Positions 57,992 through 64,000 of a stretch of DNA of 64,000 bases are shown here, one piece after another. This DNA is from Gammaproteobacteria bacterium (lineage in GTDB: Bacteria; Pseudomonadota; Gammaproteobacteria; Eutrophobiales; Eutrophobiaceae), in assembly GCA_965221695.1 (NCBI GenBank), contig OZ244905.1, forward strand, positions 2,841,862 through 2,905,861. The letters are read 5' to 3'. Both the position numbers and the translations under genes were made by a program. The first letter of the stretch is position 1. Each line of letters starts with the position of its first letter. The notes under the pieces were generated by a model, which did not search any database, was not told the origin of the DNA, and saw nothing but the letters and a program-made list of their open reading frames with translations.

Positions 57992-59308
57992 TCACAACCC
58001 CTGCAGCCTGTCCATCAGGTCGGGGAGCCAGGTGACCAGGATGGGGAACAGGCACAGCAGTATAATCGCGCCGACCTGTATCGAGATGAACGGAATAATC
58101 CCACGGTATATATGCTGTATACGGATATCCTTCGGGGCCACCGCCTTCAGGTAAAACAGGGAAAAACCGAAGGGCGGGGTCAGGAAAGAGGTCTGCAGGT
58201 TGATCGCAATCAGCACGGCAAGCCACAGCAGATCCACGCCCATGCCGGCGGCGATGGGCGCCAGGATGGGAACCACGATAAAGCAGATCTGCAGAAAATC
58301 CAGGAAGAAGCCAAGCAAGAATATCAGCAGCATGCTGGCTACCAGGAAACCCAGTGTGCCGCCGGGCAGGTTGGTCATGACATCGAGCACCAGGTGGTCA
58401 CCACCCATACCCCGGAACACCAGCCCGAAGGCCGTGGCGCCGATCAGGATCAGGAACACCATGCTGGTCAAACGGGTGGTCAGTTGCATCGCTTCACGCA
58501 ATTTGTCCAGGGTGAGTTGACCGTGCAAGGCTGCCAGCAAAAGAGCGCCCAGCGCGCCCACTGCCGCGGATTCCGTGGGCGAGGCAATGCCGAAGAAGAT
58601 CGACCCCAGCACTCCCACCACCAGGATCAGCGGCGGCAACAGGGTCAGGAACACCTTGCGTATCAAAGGTCCGTCAGCCTCCGGCGTGATCGCAGGGGCA
58701 ACCTCCGGCCTGAGCCATGCATGCAGGCTGATATACACCAGGAACAGCGCCACCAGCAATACCCCCGGCACGACGGCTCCGATGAACAGGCGGCCGACGG
58801 GCACGCCCATTACGTCACCCAGCAGGATCAGGACAATACTCGGCGGGATAATCTGGCCCAGGGTTCCTGCCGCGGCAATCGTGCCGGTTGCCAGTTGCCG
58901 GGAATAATTTCGCCGCAGCATGGTTGGCAGCGCAATAATGCCCATGGTAACCACCGTTGCGCCCACGACCCCCGTGGTGGCCGCCAGCAATGCCCCGACG
59001 AGTACCACGGAAACGGCCAGCCCGCCGCGCAAGCGCCCGAACAGCAGACCCATTGTTTCCAGCAGGTCCTCCGCGAGCCCGGATTTATCCAGCACAATCC
59101 CCATGAAGATGAACAGCGGCACTGCCAGCAGGGTAAAATTGGTCATCACCCCCCAGATCCTCAGAGGTAGCAGGTGGAAGAAATCGAATCCCAGGAACAC
59201 CCCGCCGAACAGCATCGCGATCGCCCCGAGCGTAAAGGCTACCGGATAGCCCAGCATCAACATGAGCATCAGGCTCAGGAACATCAGGACGATCCAGAAA
59301 GTCATCAC
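57992..59308 (-). CDS. dctM: TRAP transporter large permease
   Basis: 438-aa polytopic ORF, overlapping the small-permease gene by 4 nt. Confidence 0.85.
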   Translation of the reverse strand: MMTFWIVLMFLSLMLMLMLGYPVAFTLGAIAMLFGGVFLGFDFFHLLPLRIWGVMTNFTLLAVPLFIFMGIVLDKSGLAEDLLETMGLLFGRLRGGLAVSVVLVGALLAATTGVVGATVVTMGIIALPTMLRRNYSRQLATGTIAAAGTLGQIIPPSIVLILLGDVMGVPVGRLFIGAVVPGVLLVALFLVYISLHAWLRPEVAPAITPEADGPLIRKVFLTLLPPLILVVGVLGSIFFGIASPTESAAVGALGALLLAALHGQLTLDKLREAMQLTTRLTSMVFLILIGATAFGLVFRGMGGDHLVLDVMTNLPGGTLGFLVASMLLIFLLGFFLDFLQICFIVVPILAPIAAGMGVDLLWLAVLIAINLQTSFLTPPFGFSLFYLKAVAPKDIRIQHIYRGIIPFISIQVGAIILLCLFPILVTWLPDLMDRLQGL

Positions 59309-59838
59309 TTGTTCCGGCCAGATTTGTGATCCAGGATAAAGGATAAGCTCTTCAGACTCTCACCGATACCCTGGATGATCAGCAGGAAAAAGCCCAGTGG
59401 AATCGCCGCTTTCAACACCCAGCGGTACGGCAGCCCGCCCGGGTCGGGCGAGCCTTCGGCAAACTGATAGGCCTGGGACACGAACGGCCAGGAGCTGATG
59501 ATAATAATGACACAGAACGGGATCAGGAATAACAGCGAGCATACCAGGTTGACCCATGCGCGCCGGTAGTCTGACATGAACCGGCTGCGGTAGACCAGGT
59601 CCAGGCGCACATGGTCATCATGTTTCAGGGTATAAGCGGCGCCCAGCAGGAAAATAAGAGAAAAAAGGTGCCACTCCAACTCCTGTATCGCAATAGAACC
59701 GCTCAAAAAGAAATACCGCATCATGACGTCATAGGCAACCAGTAACACCAGCGCCAGTACCAGCCATGACAACCCCCGCCCGCAAATCTCACTGGACCAT
59801 TCAATACACCTGCATAATTTGCCAATTACTTCACGCAT
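59305..59838 (-). CDS. dctQ: TRAP transporter small permease
   Basis: 177 aa with 4 hydrophobic helices, immediately upstream of dctM. Confidence 0.8.
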   Translation of the reverse strand: MREVIGKLCRCIEWSSEICGRGLSWLVLALVLLVAYDVMMRYFFLSGSIAIQELEWHLFSLIFLLGAAYTLKHDDHVRLDLVYRSRFMSDYRRAWVNLVCSLLFLIPFCVIIIISSWPFVSQAYQFAEGSPDPGGLPYRWVLKAAIPLGFFLLIIQGIGESLKSLSFILDHKSGRNK

Positions 59839-59889
59839 TCCCCCATTGTAACGCTTCTTAAATCAGGACACCCATGTCTTTTTTTTCAA

Positions 59890-60136
59890 GAGTCGCCCTG
59901 CGGGCGACAGAGTATTAGACTGGACTCCCGCTTTCGCGGGAGTGGTACGGTGGTGGTGTTAACGTAAGCGCCCCCCTCCCATTCCCGCGCAAGCGGGAAT
60001 CCAGTGAGGCAAAGCGTCGCCCGCAGGGTGACACAGTATTTGATTGGACTCCCGCTTCCGCGGGAGTGGTTATGCTGGCGGGGTGCGCATGAGTGGTTAT
60101 GGTGACGGGGTTCGCGGGAGTGGTACGGTGGCGTCG
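59890..60136. repeat. two tandem composite REP-like units
   Basis: Unit 1: GAGTCGCCC-tgcg-GGGCGACAG ... ACTCCCGC-tttc-GCGGGAGT ... ATTCCCGCG-caa-GCGGGAAT-CCAGT. Unit 2: GTCGCCCGCAGGGTGACAC ... ACTCCCGC-ttcc-GCGGGAGT ... GGTTCGCGGGAGTGGTACGG. Confidence 0.8.
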
Positions 60137-60144
60137 TTGAAGCA

Positions 60145-60915
60145 TCAGGAATTGGCCAGAGTGATGTAGTCCTCGACGCTCAATTCTGCCGGTCTTGCGT
60201 TGGGCGGGATCTTCAATTCTTCCAGTTGCGACGGATTGAACCATGGTTTTAATCCATTGCTGATCTGCTTGCGCCGGGCGGAGAACGCGGTTCGCACCAA
60301 CTCCGTGAACAGGTCGAAATCCCTGATTCGGTCCACTGCTCCCGGCATAACTCTCAAGCTGACTACGGCTGAGTCGACTGCCGGCCTGGGGCTGAAGGCG
60401 GCGGGCATAACATCAAACAGTTTTACCGCGCGGCAGCGCGCCTGTACCATCACGCTGAGCCTGCCGTATTCGGGCGTGCCCGCGGCGGCGCAAATGCGGT
60501 CAACCACTTCTTTCTGCAACATGAACAGCATCCGCTTCACCTCGTCAAAGCCAAGCAGGTGGAACAGGAGCGGCGTCGAGATGTTATACGGCAGGTTGCC
60601 GACCACTTTCAGCGGCGCCGGCGCAAACGTCCCAAAATCCACTTTCAGGACATCCTGCCGAACCAGGTTTAAGCGCCCGATGTTCTTGCATCGTTCAACC
60701 AGTTCCGCGGCCAGGTCGCGGTCCACCTCAACCACATCAAGCGTACCGGTTTTGCGTAGCAACGGGAGGGTCAGCGCGCCCTTGCCGGGACCTATCTCGA
60801 CAATACGCTCGCCCGGGTGCGGGTCAATGGCCTGGATTAACCTCTCAACAATATGCGCGTCCCTGAGAAAATGCTGGCCGAAGCGCCGGCGCGCAGGAGG
60901 CATGAACCGTGTCAA
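60145..60915 (-). CDS. rsmA: 16S rRNA (adenine1518/1519-N6)-dimethyltransferase
   Basis: 256 aa; RRFGQHFLRDAHIVERL, VEIGPGKGALT SAM motif. Confidence 0.9.
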   Translation of the reverse strand: MTRFMPPARRRFGQHFLRDAHIVERLIQAIDPHPGERIVEIGPGKGALTLPLLRKTGTLDVVEVDRDLAAELVERCKNIGRLNLVRQDVLKVDFGTFAPAPLKVVGNLPYNISTPLLFHLLGFDEVKRMLFMLQKEVVDRICAAAGTPEYGRLSVMVQARCRAVKLFDVMPAAFSPRPAVDSAVVSLRVMPGAVDRIRDFDLFTELVRTAFSARRKQISNGLKPWFNPSQLEELKIPPNARPAELSVEDYITLANS

Positions 60916-61892
60916 CCCCGGGCCAGATCAATGGCTAAATCGATGGCTGCGCACAGGCTGCTTGCATCAGCCTGTCCAGTTCCAGCCAAGTGGTAGGCAG
61001 TGCCGTGGTCAACCGAGGTCCGGATAAATGGCAGCCCCAGGGTGATATTAACGATTTTGCCAAAACCATGAGATTTAAGAACCGGCAGACCTTGATCATG
61101 ATACATGCTAACCACCGCATCCACTCCCTCCAGGGAAGCAGCGGTAAAAGCGGTGTCCGCTGAAACCGGCCCTGTCAGCTTCAGACCCTCCGAATTCAAT
61201 TCATTGATAACCGGAGTTATGATCTCATCCTCTTCCTTACCTAGCAGGCCACGCTCTCCGGCATGCGGGTTGAGACCACAAATCAGCAGGCGCGGGTCGT
61301 CAATGTTGAACTTTGCCCGCATTTCGTCCGCCAAGACCGTGAGAACATCGCGCAGACGCTGGCGGGTGATGCGACTGGCGACCTGGCGCAAGGGCATATG
61401 TGTCGTGACCAGCGCCACCCGGGCAAAGTCATTGGTCAGCATCATCACCGGCGATGGACTGTTGCAGAGACTGGCTATGTACTCAGTATGTCCTTTAAAT
61501 TTGTGGCCGGCCGCGGCAATGATGGCCTTGTCTACAGGGCAGGTAACCATAGCATCAAATTCACCTGACATGCAGCCTTCCACCGCGCGCTCAATGGCCG
61601 ATACCACACAGTCGGCGTTGCGCTGCGTTGCTTTTCCGGGGTCTACCGCGGCTGCCAACGGTTGGTGCAGGTAGAACAGTTGCCCTAATTTGTGCGGCCT
61701 GGCTGCTTCATCGGGGTCGTACTGGATCAACTCAATATCGAGGCCCAGCATACGCGCCCGATCATGCAGAGTTTCGGGATCGCCAATCACAACTTTCTGC
61801 GCCCAGACATGATGGCGGGCGCTGGCAAGCAGGATATCAGGGCCGATACCCGCAGGATCTCCCATGGTCAAGGCCAACCGCGGACAGATCAT
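60912..61892 (-). CDS. pdxA: 4-hydroxythreonine-4-phosphate dehydrogenase
   Basis: The ATG at 61892 forms an ATGA overlap with the surA stop (MICPRLALTMGDPAGIGPDI). The track ORF start 61943 lies inside surA. Confidence 0.9.
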   Translation of the reverse strand: MICPRLALTMGDPAGIGPDILLASARHHVWAQKVVIGDPETLHDRARMLGLDIELIQYDPDEAARPHKLGQLFYLHQPLAAAVDPGKATQRNADCVVSAIERAVEGCMSGEFDAMVTCPVDKAIIAAAGHKFKGHTEYIASLCNSPSPVMMLTNDFARVALVTTHMPLRQVASRITRQRLRDVLTVLADEMRAKFNIDDPRLLICGLNPHAGERGLLGKEEDEIITPVINELNSEGLKLTGPVSADTAFTAASLEGVDAVVSMYHDQGLPVLKSHGFGKIVNITLGLPFIRTSVDHGTAYHLAGTGQADASSLCAAIDLAIDLARG

Positions 61893-63178
61893 GATCCCAG
61901 CCGGTACTCCACATAGGCCTCGTCTCGCATTTGCCGCAACCAATCGGTGCGCGCCTCTTCCAGTTTACGCCGGCGGATCGCCTCCCTGGCTCGCGCCCGC
62001 TTGATATCCTCGGTACTGTCGTGCTCGCGCCGGTCCAGCACCTGGACGATATGAAATCCGAATTGCGACTGAAACGGCTGACTGGTAGCGCCGGGCTCGA
62101 GAGAATTCATGACATTCTCAAATTCCGGAACCAGATCGCCAGGATTCACCCAGCCCAGGCTCCCACCGTCGGCGGCGCTCACGGTGTCGGCGGAATGTGC
62201 CTTGGCCAGCTCGGCAAAATCATCCCCGCCCTCAATGCGCATCCGCAGTTGTTGCAATCGGCGCAGGGCATCCTCGGGCGTAGTCAGTTCATCGGGACGG
62301 ATCAGGATATGTCTGGCCTGGGTCTGAGTGACAACCACCTGTTCGCTACTACGTTTGTCCAGCAGCTTGATGATGTGGTAGCCGCTGGGGCTCTTGATAA
62401 TGTCGCTCAGATCGCCAATCTCCATATCAGAAATGAAATCGGCAAATAATGTCGGGACCTGACCGGCCTTGCGCCAGCCCAGGTCGCCCCCGTCCAACGC
62501 CTGCTGGCCGTCGGAGTATGTGGCTGCCATATTGGCAAAATCTGCGCCGTCCTGAAGTTCGCCCAACGCCTTCTCTGCGGTTTCCCGAGCACGCGTCACC
62601 TGGTTCGTGGAAGCCCCTTCAGGAATTGCGATAAGGATATGGGCAATATGGAACTCGATGTCCGTTTCCCCTTGATGTTCCTGGTTTGACAGGTAGTTAT
62701 TGATCTCTCGGTCGGTGACCATGACCCGGTTGTCGACCTGGCGTTGCTGTAGCCGGGAGATGAGAATCTCGTCGCGGATTTCCTTACGGAAGGCCTCGTA
62801 GCCGAAACCGTCTTGCTCCAGAATCTCCCTGAACTGGTTCAGGCTCAACTCGTTTTCCCTGGCAATATTGTTGATGGTGCGGTTCAGAGTCTCATCATCG
62901 ACCCGGATCCCCGTATTCTGCGCCATCTGGATCTGCAACTTAGTCATGATCAACCTGTCCAGCACCTGTTTTTCCAAGATGGGCTGTGGCGGCAATGGAA
63001 TGTTTTGTTCCTGCATCTGAGCGGTCACCGCGCTGATCTTTCCGACCAATTCGCTGCGCATGATCACGTCATCGTTGATGACCGCAACAATTCGGTCCAA
63101 GTCCAGCGCTGCCGCAGCGCTGGTCAGTAGCGTCCCGGTGAGCGCCAACAGCGCAAGATGTCTCATTGCTCGTCTCAT
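61889..63178 (-). CDS. surA: periplasmic chaperone / peptidyl-prolyl isomerase SurA
   Basis: 429 aa; signal peptide; two parvulin-like blocks (ARHILI, GGDLGW / GGSLGW). Confidence 0.9.
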   Translation of the reverse strand: MRRAMRHLALLALTGTLLTSAAAALDLDRIVAVINDDVIMRSELVGKISAVTAQMQEQNIPLPPQPILEKQVLDRLIMTKLQIQMAQNTGIRVDDETLNRTINNIARENELSLNQFREILEQDGFGYEAFRKEIRDEILISRLQQRQVDNRVMVTDREINNYLSNQEHQGETDIEFHIAHILIAIPEGASTNQVTRARETAEKALGELQDGADFANMAATYSDGQQALDGGDLGWRKAGQVPTLFADFISDMEIGDLSDIIKSPSGYHIIKLLDKRSSEQVVVTQTQARHILIRPDELTTPEDALRRLQQLRMRIEGGDDFAELAKAHSADTVSAADGGSLGWVNPGDLVPEFENVMNSLEPGATSQPFQSQFGFHIVQVLDRREHDSTEDIKRARAREAIRRRKLEEARTDWLRQMRDEAYVEYRLGS

Positions 63179-64000
63179 CGCAGCGGCGCTCTCTCACCGT
63201 AGCCCGGTATCGCCTGGTTTAGGAGTTCTGCAGTTCTCTGACCAATGCTTCCCAGTCCTTTCAACTGCAACTGCAGGAAGAAACCGGTGCTGAAATCGCC
63301 GTCCAGGTTGGACAGGAAGCGGCGGCTGACTGCTTTTATGGCGAAACAGCAACCCTCGTATTCCACCCCGAAGAACAAGTCCAGAGAACGCCCTTCGGAT
63401 ACCGCGTAGTTCCAGCGGCCTACGGCATTCAGCCTGTCAGTCAGGGGCCAACTGAACGACACATCGGATTGTTCAATGTCCGTGGGTATGCGCCGTATCT
63501 GGCCGGTTTCAGCTCGCCTCACCCGGTAAGCCAGGTTGATCACCTTGCTGTCTGCCGGGTTGTATTGCGCGGTAAGCGCCATTTTCCGGGTGAGTTTATC
63601 GTTGATGTCCCAACTTATCTCCGCGCCCAGTCTCAGGTCGTCGGTCAGGTTGGCGTCGGCTTCGACGATTATCGGCGAGAGCAGATCGTTTTCCAGTATC
63701 CCAATATCCACCAGTTCTCCCTGTGCGCCCAGGATCTGCCTGATGACATTCTGATCTTCCAGGTAAAACGATTGCGCCACCTGCAACGAGGCAACTTGTT
63801 TGCCGGTATCCCGGTTGAGCAGCCGGCTGCCCAAGGCCAGCGTGATCTGGTTCGTGTCACCGATCCGGTCGTAACCGCTGAAGCGGTTTTCCCGGAACAG
63901 GGCGTTATAGTCCAGGTTATAGACCGACGAGTCGAATACCGGCAGCTTGTTCTGGTCCTCGTGCGGCACGTACAGGTAGAACAGCCGGGGTTCCAGCGTG
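63175..64000 (-). CDS. lptD: LPS-assembly protein LptD (C-terminal part; gene continues beyond the right edge)
   Basis: The frame is open to base 64000. C-terminal beta-barrel blocks: YNLDYNALFRENRFSGYDRIGDTNQITLALGSRLL and GVEYEGCCFAI. 4-nt overlap with surA. Confidence 0.85.
   Translation of the reverse strand, partial: TLEPRLFYLYVPHEDQNKLPVFDSSVYNLDYNALFRENRFSGYDRIGDTNQITLALGSRLLNRDTGKQVASLQVAQSFYLEDQNVIRQILGAQGELVDIGILENDLLSPIIVEADANLTDDLRLGAEISWDINDKLTRKMALTAQYNPADSKVINLAYRVRRAETGQIRRIPTDIEQSDVSFSWPLTDRLNAVGRWNYAVSEGRSLDLFFGVEYEGCCFAIKAVSRRFLSNLDGDFSTGFFLQLQLKGLGSIGQRTAELLNQAIPGYGERAPLR

Noticed and set aside
57938-59170. 410-aa plus-strand ORF rich in His/Gln/Gly opposite dctM
   Set aside because: This is a shadow ORF of a GC-rich membrane-protein gene, with low-complexity sequence. 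dctM on the minus strand is intact and translationally coupled to dctQ.
59890-60136. Possible CRISPR array because of closely spaced repeated hairpins
   Set aside because: The repeats are imperfect, differ in length and module order, and are not separated by uniform unique spacers. No cas genes are present. The same modules occur singly at many other intergenic sites.

Overview
GC-rich chromosomal segment with a gammaproteobacterial housekeeping backbone: lptD-surA-pdxA-rsmA at the right end, and apaG-apaH, folA, thyA, lgt and tRNA-Arg in the middle. About 60 protein genes can be supported. (i) 1-11.7 kb is a catabolic cluster: hydantoinase-like gene, stand-alone AsnC/RAM protein, two acyl-CoA ligases, amidase, thiolase, a reversed-order FadB-like fusion, and a DUF4212 plus sodium:solute symporter pair. 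(ii) trhO-cmoB (tRNA U34 oxyacetylation). (iii) hicAB, a peroxiredoxin, a PNPOx-family protein, and a monocistronic trpE with a Trp-codon leader peptide and attenuator. (iv) 17.6-28.2 kb is a nucleoside-scavenging neighbourhood: deoC, deoD, nupC, a secreted adenosine deaminase, and two secreted DUF3604 PHP-like paralogs. An orphan M48/DUF45 peptidase gene lies within it. (v) 28.2-32.3 kb is a lower-GC accessory islet with a HigB/HigA-like TA pair, a DUF1828/1829-like gene, two transposase relics and an AT-rich lipoprotein gene. The islet is bounded by a 3770-bp-offset direct duplication. (vi) An RND efflux operon. (vii) A GMC oxidoreductase, a CDP-alcohol phosphatidyltransferase and a HAD hydrolase. 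(viii) A nitrogen block (TorF-like porin, amt, glnK, an orphan RTX protein, amtB) preceded by a sigma-54/NtrC-type promoter. (ix) aroE and TRAP dctQM. I found no rRNA, no CRISPR array and no intact IS. The most unusual signals are non-coding. Two 239-bp MITE-like elements of identical length carry compensatory changes in both their terminal and internal stems. A composite REP-like hairpin family occupies at least eight intergenic regions. A second palindrome family (GGAAnCTCTGA..TCAGAGnTTCC) sits directly after stop codons. I cannot name a clear-cut new multi-gene system. The best candidates are ranked in the findings, and all need database or experimental checks that I cannot run.
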